Shown here piece after piece: positions 1-9,995 of a DNA stretch of 64,000 bases. Every line of letters starts with the position of its first letter. Within the stretch, counting starts at the first letter, position 1. This DNA comes from an uncultured Candidatus Saccharibacteria bacterium (lineage in GTDB: Bacteria; Patescibacteriota; Minisyncoccia; Phycocordibacterales; UBA9973), in contig CAZMGK010000001.1 of assembly GCA_964565825.1 (NCBI GenBank), positions 2,052 to 66,051 on the forward strand. The letters run 5' to 3'. The notes under the pieces were generated by a model that did not search any database, was not told the origin of the DNA, and saw nothing but the letters and a program-made list of their open reading frames with translations. Both the position numbers and the translations under genes were made by a program.

Positions 1-3000
1 GGTGGTGTCACTCGTAATATCATCAGTTGATGATGAACCACTGTCAGATCCTGCGTCCAGATTAGGCACACCCGGAGCTCCTGGTGCAGTTGTATCAACA
101 GTGACTGAGATACTCGGAGATGCGAGTGATTCATTTCCCGCGACATCGGTTGTGGTGATGGTGAGGGTATGTGCACCATCCGCGAGTGCTGATGAGGTAA
201 TACTGTAGAGGGCACCTGCACAGGTAAATGTTCCTACGTTCGTTGCTCCATCATAGAGTGTGATGAGTTCGCCTGTAGTACAAGAACCAGAGAGTGTTGG
301 TGTCGTATCCATAGTGATGTTGTCGGTCGTGATATTAGTATCAGATGCAGTATCCAAATCCGGTGCCGTTACTGGAGTACCAGGGAGTGTGGTGTCGATC
401 GTGACCGAAAGCGTGGTTCCGTCGGCACTCGCATTCCCAGCATTGTCTTCTTGATGAGCCAAGAAGACGTGGACACCATCGGCAAGCGCAGGAGATGCAG
501 TAAGTGTGACCGTACCTGCACTACAGTACCCTGTTGCATAGAGCGTGACACCCTCTTTGAGAACAACCAAATTGGTTCCCAAACACGATACCGTAAAGCT
601 CGGTGTTGTATCTTCAGTAATGTCATCAGTATTGGTTGTTCCTGTGTCTGATGCATTGGTCAGATCAGGCACACCAGGAGCTGATCCAGGAGCAGTGGTA
701 TCAATGGTGACAGAGAGTCCAGCTGATGTCGCTGAGACATTACCTGCGACATCGGTTTGACGTGCGGTCAGTGTGTACGCACCATCAGGCGTGAGTGCTG
801 TTGCGGTCAGTGTAATCGTTCCTCCACCTCCACAGACACCAGAGTCAAGCGTGATGGCACCGTTTCTGAGGTCAACGGTAGAACCAGCGACACAAGAAAT
901 CGTAAAGTCAGGGGTAGTGTCGGTGGTGATATTGTCGGTGGTTGATACTCCGGTACTGTCAGCAGTATCTGAACCTGCATCAAGATCAGGAGTAGAAGGT
1001 GCAGCATCTACTGTAGTGTCGATATCAATAACAACAAATCCAGAGAGTGGAGAGACATTTCCTGCTGGGTCTGTCTGTTTTGCAGTAATCGTGTATGTAC
1101 CATCTGGAGTGAGGGCTGTCGTAATAGTAATCGTTGAAGATGACCCAGCACAGACATCGGTGTAACCTGAAGCACTTCCATCTACCCAGAGTTCGACGGT
1201 AGATCCAGTCACACAAGAAATGGTGAAGGTTGGGGTGTCATCATTGGTTTCATTGTCGGTGGTGTTTCCTGTGTCAGAGGCGACATCAAGATCAGGAGTA
1301 CCTGGAGCAGCATCGGCTGTGGTATCGATGATGATGGCTTTGTTGGCGCCGAGGGATCCGGCAGCGCCTGGAGCTGCGAGTGTGAGTGTTGCATTGTTCG
1401 TCGCAACATCACGAATGGTTCCTCCGTTTAAGGCGAGAGAGTTTGTGGCGAAATAGTCGAGGTCACCACTTGCATCAGCTGCAACGACAGTGTAATTAAA
1501 GGTCAGTGTGTTTGTTCCAGTACCGGAACTGTAGGTTGCATCACGGTCAGTTACACCTGTTTCTAGAGTGAGGAGTGGAGAACCGGTGACGTTGACGACT
1601 TCAGAGAAGACGATTTGTATTGAAATGACCGCACCTGTGGTGTATTCCCCATTGGCAGTACTTGATGTCACACTCGTGACTGTTGGAGAGGTGGTGTCAA
1701 AGGTGTAGGTGTAGGTCGCTGAACTATCACTGTTACCTGATTGATCAGTTGCAGTGTACTCAAATGATCCAGATGAGCTGTTGTTGAACGTAACTGTACA
1801 GGTGAACTGTGTGTTACCGGTAGGAGTAAGTGCTGTACCTGAGGCGACACACGGTGATGTGTTGATGTTGCTTCCGGTGATGACAATATCGCCTGAAACC
1901 AATCCTGAGTTACTGTCGGTCACGGTGAAGACTGCCACGAGTGGGTCAGGACTATTGTAGGTACCGGTTGTTGGAGTGGGTACTCCAAGTGTTGGGTCGG
2001 TACTATCTATGTAAAAGTTTCCACTGTACTGAGTAGCACTGTTTCCAGCACGGTCGTCAACATCGACAGTCAGGGTTCCAGTAGCAGAGACGGTTCCACT
2101 ACAGAATATGGAGACTGATGCAGTGGGTAATGTTGCCACGGTTGGGAATGGATCATAACAGGTAAAGCTGTGAGTTGAGGTTCCTCCAAAGGTCACTGAG
2201 TCAATTCCATTGGCATCAGTGATAGTAAAGGTTGCATTGGTGATAGAGGCTGTTGAGAAGATGGTTGGAGTGGTTGGGGTAATGACTGGTACCACAGTTT
2301 CAATGATGTACGTTTGGGTGGCTTCTGCTCCAGGAATACTTCCTCCTGGGCCTCCACCATCTGGATCTCCTGAACCGTTGACGGTCAGTGTTCCACCAGG
2401 GGTAAGTATTCCATCATCGAGCGTACAGTCGGTGGTGGTTGGATTAGTTCCGACGGCAGGCACACAGGTAATAGCGGATGAGCCTCCTCCGTTGTAGACG
2501 GCTGTGACTGAGTCAATGTATCCAGGTGCGCCCATGAGGACATTGATCGTCGTGTCAGATATTGTTGTATTTGAAATGACCGTTGGTGCGGTGATGGTGA
2601 TGATTGGATAGAATTTGGCTGTCTGTTCACGGATGTTACCGGCTGTATCGTAGGCCCGGAGAATGACGGTATTGAGTGCAGAGGTTGATGCTCCAGTCAT
2701 CGCATACGGAGATGTTTGTGTCGCAAAGCCTCCACCGTTAACATTGAGTTCATAGTGATCAATCGCGATACCGTCGGTTGCTAAAAAGGTGATGGTTGGA
2801 TCAGTGAAATCAAGTGGTGTTGAAGTCAGAGGATCAATGGTGTAGACCGTGATGGTTGGAGCCAAACGGTCAATGATGTAGTTTGGAGAATTAAAGGTGA
2901 CTTGCTTCCCTACTTTGTCTGTTGTAGTGACAGAGATGACGTGGGTTTCTTCGGCATTGTTGGCAGTGGTGATATCGACTGTACAGGTAATAGTCGTATT

Positions 3001-6000
3001 GCCTGTGGTTGGGAGGACTGCTGGAGATGAACAATCAGGAGTCAGGACGCCGTCGATTGAGTCAGTGACTACTATGTATGTGTCAGCTTGGATACCTTGA
3101 CCGGTGGCATTGTCTGCAGTCGTGAAGGTAATAGTTTGAGGACTGGTAGTGGTTAGAAATGTTGCAGTGGTAAATGATCCTGTTGGGACTGTGTTGTCGA
3201 TGATAATAGTCAGTGCGCCACTATCTCCTGATTCATTTCCAGCGAGATCTACCTCACGGACCGTGAGGTTGTTGTGTGTCCCTTCAGACAGGGCTGATGT
3301 GGTACAAGACCAGGCACCAGCTCCGTCTGATGTTGTGGTACAGACAAGTGTTCCGTTATCGTAGACTTTGACTGTCTGTGTGGCACCGGCTCCCGTTCCA
3401 GAGAGTGTTGGTGTGGTGTCAGAAGTGAGATCATCAGTTGATGAGTATCCAGTGTCAGAACCTGCATCGAGGTTTGGGGTACCCGATGGAGCAGAAGGTG
3501 CTGTAGTATCGATGGTGACAGAAAGTGCACCGGATGCCACAGATACATTCCCGGCGACATCTGTTTGTTTCGCAGTGATACTGTAGGCAGCATCTGGAGT
3601 AAGTGCAGTTACGGTCAAGGTGACAGTACTTGCTGCACAGACACCGGTCACACCAGTAGCTACTCCACCGACGAAGAGTTCGACAGTAGATCCGGTGACA
3701 CACGAGAGATCAAAGGTTGGTGTACTATCATTGGTCACATCGTCGTTGGTGAATGTTCCATTGTCGGTTCCAGAGGTCATATCCGGTGCACCTGGAGCAG
3801 CGTCTGCTGTCGTGTCGATGATGATTGCTTTGTTGGCACCAAGAGATCCTGCAGCTCCAGGAGTTGGGAGAGTCAGGTCGGAGTCGATTGTTCCACCGTT
3901 TAAGGCCAGGGAACCTGTACCAGTGTAGTCGAGGTCGGAACTTGTCTCACCTGAGGCGACAGTGTATGTGAAGGTAAGTACTGTGGTACCAGTACCTGAA
4001 GTATAGTTGACGACTGCATCTGTTCCTCCTGTTTCCAGAGTCAGTTGTGGAGTACCGGTGACAGCGACTGGATTAGAGAAAGTAATTTGTATTGAAATGA
4101 CATCGCCTGCATTGTATGAGCCGTCGCCGGTTGATGAGGAGACGTCGGTGACGGTTGTATAGAGGAACCACCCAATAGCGGTACTACTCACGTCAATTGA
4201 GTTTGCTGGCAGAAGAGGAAGTGTGATACCAGAAGAACTATCAAGAGCAGTGTTGTCGGCGATAGAGAGATAATCTCCAGTGAAGGTTGATGCTCCAGTA
4301 AAGGTGATCGTCCGGACTGTCGGAGTATCAGCTGAGGTGATAGCAATGAGGTCATCGGCATCGAGACCATCAAGAACCAGTGAGTTAGCAATAGTGATAT
4401 TACCATTGTCAAAAACAAGTTGACTATTGGTACCATTGTTCGTTGATTCAACCTTAGAGAGTGTGTAGAAAGGAATGGTTGCTGTAGCATCGATGGTGAT
4501 TGCATTAGAGGTAATGGAGACCGTACCGTTGTTGTGTGTAAATGTACCTGCATTAGCAAATGTTGAACCAGAGACAGTGAGTGTCCCAGAGGTTGAAGTC
4601 ATTGCGCCTGAGGCACCAATTGAAAGTGATGGCGTAGACATACTCTGAGCCAATCCAGTGAATGCTCCATCGGTGACGGTCAGTGTATTTGCAACAACGA
4701 GACCACCTCCTAGTTGGAAGGTATCACTGTTACTAGCACTTGCATCATTGATGATGAGGTTGTAGTAGTCGGTGGCACCAAAGTCTTTGATGGTGTGAGT
4801 GGTGGCAGATCCGATTCCGTTACCGTAGTATTCCCAGGTTCCAGAGTTGACGTCGTTGGTGAGAGTGAGGGTGTTACTTCCTTGGAGGCGGACGGTACCG
4901 TCATTACTAAGTGTACCAGAGATAGTAGCATTAAAGCTTGAGAGATCAAGAGTTGAACCAGCATCTATGTCTACAATCGTACCGGTAATATTGAAGTCAT
5001 TGGTCACTACGGTCACCGTTGAATTATTTGTAATCGTAGGGCGGACAGTTCTTGCAACGGAACCAAAGTTCATGTCTTGGGCATCACCTCCGTTAAATGT
5101 TACGGTAAGTTCTGCAGTAAAAGTCATCGTTCCATCAATGATCGCATCTCCCCCAAAACTTGGAGAAAAATTCCCAAATGCTATCGTTCCTCCACTATTT
5201 ACTTGAAGATCTCCTGCATACGTCGATACTGCTCCAGGTGTGAAGGTAGCTCCAGTCATGACAATGAGTTCTTTTGTATCGTTGATGACCGTTGCACCAC
5301 CGGCATCTGGGTAAAGTGTGGTAAGGTCAGCATCTGCATTATTAGCTGTATTGAGTGTCGCAATAGTATGTGCACCACTTTCGAGGATCACTCTATCTTG
5401 GTAAATATCTGTAGTAATGTAGTTCGAAGAACCATTATGTCTAATGAGTGTTGCTCCATCTTCTGTTTCTCCGTCTATGTAGACAGTGACCACAGCAGAA
5501 GCAGTAGGGTTCACATATGACAGAGAGTATGCACCGGTACCACCTGAAGTGGTAGTACATGAGCTTGAGACTCCGTCAACGAGGAGACAGATGGATTTAC
5601 CGTTGGCGATTGGGGTGACTCCTTCGTCGGTGTAGACGCTTCCTGAGATGGTGGAGGCAGCAGCGTCGTAGATGGTGATGCGATGGTTACCAGATTGCGC
5701 AACAAAAAGACGACTGTTTGTAGAATCATACGCGAGATTTTTTGGAGTACTCATACGTGATTGGTTTGTAAGAGCACTAGTATTAGTGAAATTACTTTGC
5801 CCAAGGACATTGATAGCATTTTCTCCATCGGTGATAGTAGCCACATCGTACACAGTGACACGGTGGTTACCAGATTGGGCAACAAAAAGACGATTACCTG
5901 TTGAGTCATAGGCAAGACCTTGTGGACTGTTCATCCCAGCTTGAGTATCAGCCGAAGCAGAGTTTGTAAAATTAGTTTGACCAAGCACAAATGTTGCATT

Positions 6001-8055
6001 TTCTCCGTTAGTAATACCGGTGACATCATAGACTGTGACGCGATGATTGCCGTACTGCGAAACAAAGAGTCTGTTGCCTGTTGCGTCATAAGTAAGACCC
6101 TCTGGACCATTCATCCCAGATTGAGTGTTTCCGGCTCCAGTAGAAAAAAAACTTCCCTGACCAAGTACGAATGTTGCATTTTCTCCATCTGTAATAGCAG
6201 CAACGTCATATACTGTGACACGATGACTACCTGTTTGTCCGACAAAAAGACGATTACCTGTTGAGTCATAGGCAAGACCTGTTGGAGAATTCATTCCGCC
6301 TTGAGTATTAGCAGAGGCGGATGTCGTAAAGAGTGCTTGCCCAAGCACAAATGTTGCATTTTCTCCATCGGTGATAGTAGCCACATCGTACACAGTGACA
6401 CGGTGGTTACCAGATTGGGCAACAAAAAGACGATTACCTGTTGAGTCATAGGCAAGACCTTGTGGACTGTTCATCCCAGCTTGAGTATTTGCCGCTGTAT
6501 TAGACACAAAGTCAGTTTGCCCAAGAACATTATCAGGAACTCTATCAATGAGATTATCGCTCGCATCTAAGTTATACACAAATACTCGATGGTTAGCACT
6601 ATCTGAAACAAACAATCTATGATTAACACTATCTACTTCTTCGTCAACAGGAGTAGAAAAACCAAGTCTGTTCGCAGAATCATGTGACCCACTCTTTGTG
6701 TATGTTGGCACTGGCGCAGATAGATTTGTCCCATCGTACTGACCAAGTGCATCTACTGCATTTTCTCCGTCGGTGATAGTAGTCACATCATAGACAGTGA
6801 GACGACTATTACCATTACCTACTACAAAAAGACGACTATTACTGCTATCATAAGTTAGACCATATGGAGCATTCATCCCTGCTTGAGTGTTTGCCGCAGC
6901 AGTATTGGTGAAGTTACTTTGTCCAAGCACGAATGTTGCATTTTCTCCGTTAGTAATACCGGTGACATCATAGACTGTGACGCGATGATTGCCGTACTGC
7001 GAAACAAAGAGTCTGTTGCCTGTTGCGTCATAAGTAAGACCCTCTGGACCATTCATCCCAGATTGAGTGTTTCCGGCTCCAGTAGAAAAAAAACTTCCCT
7101 GACCAAGTACGAATGTTGCATTTTCTCCATCTGTAATAGCAGCAACGTCATATACTGTGACACGATGACTACCTGTTTGTCCGACAAAAAGACGATTACC
7201 TGTTGAGTCATAGGCAAGACCTGTTGGAGAATTCATTCCGCCTTGAGTATTAGCAGAGGCGGATGTCGTAAAGAGTGCTTGGCCGAGTACATTAATTGCT
7301 GGCTCTCCATCGGTAATTGCCGTGACATCATAGACGATGACGCGATTATTCAAAAAATCGGATACAAAGAGTCTATTATTTATAGAGTCATGCATAATAC
7401 CTCGTGGTGCGCTCATTCCTGATTGAGTGGTAGCAGATGCTGATGTCGTAAAGAGTGCTTGACCAAGGACGTTGATAGCCGGCTCTCCATCAGTGATAGC
7501 AGCGACATCGTAGACCGTGATACGATTGAGGTTTGCAACAAAAAGTCTATTACCTGTTGCGTCGTAAGCGAGACCATATGGAGCACTCATCCCTGCTTGA
7601 GTAACGGAACCACCATTGCTTATAAAGTCTGTTTGACCGAGCACGTTATCAGGAACTCTATCGATCAGGTTATTACTTCCATCTAAGTTATAGACGAGAA
7701 CACGGTTATTATTAACATCTGAAACAAACAATCGATGATTGACTGTATCCATAACTACTCCATACACCTGGTTGAATCCCAGTCTGTTCGGAGAGTCGTT
7801 TGACCCACTTTTTATTATATACCTTGGCACCGGCGCAGATAGATTTGTCCCATCGTACTGCCCCAACAGATCTATCGCATTCGCTCCATTGGAAATAGTT
7901 GCAAATGCAGGTGTTGGTAAAGCAAATGTAATGATGGTAAGTACAAGAATAAGATACGTTTTGTATGATTTCGTATGTGAAAAAATATTCTTTGTAAAAG
8001 ATAAAAAACTATCGACCAGTGTATTACCTTGTGTGTGTTTTGTGTATATAAACAT
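1..8055 (-). CDS. Giant secreted/surface protein (>=2685 aa, 3' end outside the window): N-terminal signal region, 60-aa NHL/beta-propeller repeats, then beta-rich passenger region and many bacterial Ig-like repeats
   Basis: ATG at 8055 reads MFIYTKHTQG...YLILVLTIITFALPTPAFA-TISNGANAIDLLGQYDG. The 180-bp repeats at ~5660-7870 read like RLFVSD..N.RV.VY (NHL). The same frame at position 60->1 reads LDAGSDSGSSSTDDITSDTT (Big-type Ig repeat). It is absent from the ORF track, consistent with no in-frame stop inside the window. Confidence 0.9.
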   Translation of the reverse strand, partial: MFIYTKHTQGNTLVDSFLSFTKNIFSHTKSYKTYLILVLTIITFALPTPAFATISNGANAIDLLGQYDGTNLSAPVPRYIIKSGSNDSPNRLGFNQVYGVVMDTVNHRLFVSDVNNNRVLVYNLDGSNNLIDRVPDNVLGQTDFISNGGSVTQAGMSAPYGLAYDATGNRLFVANLNRITVYDVAAITDGEPAINVLGQALFTTSASATTQSGMSAPRGIMHDSINNRLFVSDFLNNRVIVYDVTAITDGEPAINVLGQALFTTSASANTQGGMNSPTGLAYDSTGNRLFVGQTGSHRVTVYDVAAITDGENATFVLGQGSFFSTGAGNTQSGMNGPEGLTYDATGNRLFVSQYGNHRVTVYDVTGITNGENATFVLGQSNFTNTAAANTQAGMNAPYGLTYDSSNSRLFVVGNGNSRLTVYDVTTITDGENAVDALGQYDGTNLSAPVPTYTKSGSHDSANRLGFSTPVDEEVDSVNHRLFVSDSANHRVFVYNLDASDNLIDRVPDNVLGQTDFVSNTAANTQAGMNSPQGLAYDSTGNRLFVAQSGNHRVTVYDVATITDGENATFVLGQALFTTSASANTQGGMNSPTGLAYDSTGNRLFVGQTGSHRVTVYDVAAITDGENATFVLGQGSFFSTGAGNTQSGMNGPEGLTYDATGNRLFVSQYGNHRVTVYDVTGITNGENATFVLGQTNFTNSASADTQAGMNSPQGLAYDSTGNRLFVAQSGNHRVTVYDVATITDGENAINVLGQSNFTNTSALTNQSRMSTPKNLAYDSTNSRLFVAQSGNHRITIYDAAASTISGSVYTDEGVTPIANGKSICLLVDGVSSSCTTTSGGTGAYSLSYVNPTASAVVTVYIDGETEDGATLIRHNGSSNYITTDIYQDRVILESGAHTIATLNTANNADADLTTLYPDAGGATVINDTKELIVMTGATFTPGAVSTYAGDLQVNSGGTIAFGNFSPSFGGDAIIDGTMTFTAELTVTFNGGDAQDMNFGSVARTVRPTITNNSTVTVVTNDFNITGTIVDIDAGSTLDLSSFNATISGTLSNDGTVRLQGSNTLTLTNDVNSGTWEYYGNGIGSATTHTIKDFGATDYYNLIINDASASNSDTFQLGGGLVVANTLTVTDGAFTGLAQSMSTPSLSIGASGAMTSTSGTLTVSGSTFANAGTFTHNNGTVSITSNAITIDATATIPFYTLSKVESTNNGTNSQLVFDNGNITIANSLVLDGLDADDLIAITSADTPTVRTITFTGASTFTGDYLSIADNTALDSSSGITLPLLPANSIDVSSTAIGWFLYTTVTDVSSSTGDGSYNAGDVISIQITFSNPVAVTGTPQLTLETGGTDAVVNYTSGTGTTVLTFTYTVASGETSSDLDYTGTGSLALNGGTIDSDLTLPTPGAAGSLGANKAIIIDTTADAAPGAPDMTSGTDNGTFTNDDVTNDSTPTFDLSCVTGSTVELFVGGVATGVTGVCAASTVTLTVTALTPDAAYSITAKQTDVAGNVSVASGALSVTIDTTAPSAPSGTPNLDAGSDTGYSSTDDLTSDTTPTLSGTGAGATQTVKVYDNGTLVCTTTSDGAGAWSCTTSALSEGTHNNLTVREVDLAGNESGDSGALTIIIDNTVPTGSFTTATFLTTTSPQTITFTTADNATGQGIQADTYIVVTDSIDGVLTPDCSSPAVLPTTGNTTITCTVDITTANNAEETHVISVTTTDKVGKQVTFNSPNYIIDRLAPTITVYTIDPLTSTPLDFTDPTITFLATDGIAIDHYELNVNGGGFATQTSPYAMTGASTSALNTVILRAYDTAGNIREQTAKFYPIITITAPTVISNTTISDTTINVLMGAPGYIDSVTAVYNGGGSSAITCVPAVGTNPTTTDCTLDDGILTPGGTLTVNGSGDPDGGGPGGSIPGAEATQTYIIETVVPVITPTTPTIFSTASITNATFTITDANGIDSVTFGGTSTHSFTCYDPFPTVATLPTASVSIFCSGTVSATGTLTVDVDDRAGNSATQYSGNFYIDSTDPTLGVPTPTTGTYNSPDPLVAVFTVTDSNSGLVSGDIVITGSNINTSPCVASGTALTPTGNTQFTCTVTFNNSSSGSFEYTATDQSGNSDSSATYTYTFDTTSPTVTSVTSSTANGEYTTGAVISIQIVFSEVVNVTGSPLLTLETGVTDRDATYSSGTGTNTLTFNYTVVAADASGDLDYFATNSLALNGGTIRDVATNNATLTLAAPGAAGSLGANKAIIIDTTADAAPGTPDLDVASDTGNTTDNETNDDTPTFTISCVTGSTVELWVDGSASGYTDVCAGSSSTITITTALTPDGTYTITAKQTDPAGNVSPLSGFVVIDIDTTVDAAPSTPDLDAGSDTADSTGVSTTDNITTDTTPDFTISCVAGSTVDLRNGAITLDSGVCGGGGTITLTATALTPDGAYTLTARQTDVAGNVSATSAGLSVTIDTTAPGSAPGVPDLTNASDTGTTNTDDITEDTTPSFTVSCLGTNLVVLKEGVTLYATGYCSAGTVTLTASPALADGVHVFLAHQEDNAGNASADGTTLSVTIDTTLPGTPVTAPDLDTASDTNITTDNITMDTTPTLSGSCTTGELITLYDGATNVGTFTCAGALYSITSSALADGAHTLTITTTDVAGNESLASPSISVTVDTTAPGAPGVPNLDAGSDSGSSSTDDITSDTT
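5990..7281. repeat. Identical intragenic duplications of NHL blades: 5990-6339 = 6932-7281 (350 bp); also 5816-5948 = 6356-6488 (133 bp)
   Basis: Direct base-by-base comparison; offsets 942 and 540 bp, both multiples of 3. Confidence 0.9.
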
Positions 8056-8715
8056 ACGTATATTTTATCATGGTACATGAGGTAAAATCTATTTCTGTCT
8101 AGTGTTTGCTGTGAAAAACTCAACGAGTTTTTCACAGCCTGTATGCTCTCTCACCTCCCTCTTGCAAAGAGGTCATTTTATCTACACTTTGGGCGTATGT
8201 AAAGCATGTAGATGTTTCTCATACCTAGACAGATAGAGGGTAAACACAGAATACACAGCTGTGTGTTACACGAATACTCATCTCCATAGGTACTCTACGG
8301 TGTATCTGTGTCCTCTGTAGCTTTGTTCTTGATATATGATATATATCAACGTATATATCATCTTGTACTTCATGATACGTCTCTTGATGAAGAGAAAAGT
8401 CAATCGAATTAAAAAATATAATCACACAACAAAAAAACACTCACTCATACATCAGAAAAATACTCTCTTGTTTCACATACCCCCTACTCTAAAAATCACC
8501 ATCATCACCGTCTCTTCACCTCTACAGCAAAAAACGCACGTTTCCACTTGTAGATTTTTTATACATCATATATACTCATACCATGTCAAATACAGATCGT
8601 GTACTTTCAGAACTTTTTGACCTCTTTTTCTGTCACTATGATGCACTGATACCGAGACTCAACGTTGAAAAAATTTTGTAAATGACTTCATGAAATAGAT
8701 TTTTATTTCCAGAAA

Positions 8716-8901
8716 CGACCTTCCAAAGCTAAGGTCCTTCCTGAAAAAAAATCGTTTAGATATTTTCCGTAAACGATTTCAGGGAGTTGAGGTCCTTCCT
8801 GATAAAAAATAAGTTGAACGACTTCCAAAAGCTGATGTTCTTCTCGAAAAAAAGACTTCAAAACATTCTCGGAAGCGACCTTCCAAAGCTAAGGTCCTTC
8901 C
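8716..8901. repeat. Degenerate tandem repeat (4 copies of ~26-bp CGACCTTCCAAAGCTAAGGTCCTTCC, period 45-58 bp)
   Basis: Copies at 8716, 8774, 8819 and 8876; copies 1 and 4 are identical over 26 bp; internal palindrome GACCTT-N8-AAGGTC. Confidence 0.75.
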
Positions 8902-8980
8902 CGACTTAGGTGCTTCTCGAAAAATTCTACATACATACACATTGTTTTTAAAAAAAGACCTGCTATACTTTATATATGGT

Positions 8981-9100
8981 TCCCGTTAGAAGTCAGCTAC
9001 TTCATATATCCACACAAGAAAAAAACAAACACGGGAACTAAATAATATTTATAAGCACTAATTAAGGACGGAAGTCTCAAGACTTCCTACTTCTAACGGG
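8981..9100 (+). mobile_element. Family-A palindromic element (TCCCGTTAGAAGT...ACTTCTAACGGG) inserted at the dsbA start codon
   Basis: 12-bp perfect terminal inverted repeat; flanked by ATGGT (8976-8980) and ATGGA (9101-9105); shares a 3' core with the copies at 46173 and 56763. Confidence 0.8.
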
Positions 9101-9892
9101 ATGGAAACAGAAAAAAATAATCAAGAAGTTCATCACACAAATGAACACTCACCTATTACAAGTAACGGAGAGAAAAATTCATTATCAGTAGGTTCTGCAA
9201 TTATTATTGGAGCAGTAATCATAGCGCTCGCAGTTGTCGGATCAAAGAAATTTTCTAGCTCAAGCATGCGTGATTCATCTGAATCAGTTCTTTCAACCCT
9301 CGATATTAGTGAGAAAAAATTCAAAGCTTGTTACGAAGCAAAAACACCTGAAGCAAAAATCCGCGCTCATATGGCAAGCGCAGAAAAAGCAACCAAACAT
9401 ATTCCAGAAGATCAAGGACGTGGTACACCATACAGTATTGCAATCAACCAGAAGACTGGTATGAAAATAGAAATTGCTGGAGCGTACCCGACTGAAGCAG
9501 TCACCAGTATCATAGATAGTATGTTTGCGGGTACAGCAAAAAGTCAGACTGAAATTGACATTGATCCAGTTACCGGCGAAGACCACTATTTTGGTTCAAA
9601 AGATGCAGAAATTGTAATCATAGAATACTCTGATTTGGAATGTCCATACTGTTCACGTTTTCACACAACGATGCAAGATGTAGTAGAGTCGTATGGTGGA
9701 AAAGTAGCATGGGTCTACAGACACCTCCCTCTTGAGCAACTTCACCCTAATGCATTTGATAAAGCAATCTCTTCGGAATGTATCTATGACATAGGAGGAG
9801 ATGTAAAATTCTGGGAATACATTGATTTACTCTTTAAAAAAAATGAGCCAAAGAAACCAGTGTTTGACCCGATAACAGGAGAGACGAAATAG
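9101..9892 (+). CDS. Membrane-anchored DsbA/BdbD-like thiol-disulfide oxidoreductase, apparently circularly permuted
   Basis: N-terminal TM helix; EYSDLECPYC active site; WVYRHLPL motif; GTP cis-Pro loop lies upstream of the CxxC. Confidence 0.85.
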   Translation: METEKNNQEVHHTNEHSPITSNGEKNSLSVGSAIIIGAVIIALAVVGSKKFSSSSMRDSSESVLSTLDISEKKFKACYEAKTPEAKIRAHMASAEKATKHIPEDQGRGTPYSIAINQKTGMKIEIAGAYPTEAVTSIIDSMFAGTAKSQTEIDIDPVTGEDHYFGSKDAEIVIIEYSDLECPYCSRFHTTMQDVVESYGGKVAWVYRHLPLEQLHPNAFDKAISSECIYDIGGDVKFWEYIDLLFKKNEPKKPVFDPITGETK

Positions 9893-9924
9893 CAGGTTTA
9901 AGGTGAAAGGTTACAGGGAATAGA

Positions 9925-9969
9925 AAATACAAAAGCGGAGCGCCCGAAGGGCGCTCCGCTTTTGTATTT
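9925..9969. terminator. Perfect hairpin (21-bp stem, GAA loop) between convergent dsbA and rpoD; ATACA...TGTAT family
   Basis: aaatacaaaagcggagcgccc-gaa-gggcgctccgcttttgtattt. Confidence 0.8.
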
Positions 9970-9995
9970 GTATTCTCTATTTACTATTTACTAAC

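Noticed and set aside
5990-7281. DGR TR/VR pair in the adhesin
   Set aside because: Copies are identical and both in frame; no A-specific variation.
2-8135. Dozens of short ORFs listed on both strands
   Set aside because: Shadows of the single long minus-strand frame starting at 8055.
8716-8901. Possible CRISPR array
   Set aside because: Repeats are degenerate, spacing is irregular (58/45/57), linkers resemble each other, and there are no cas genes.
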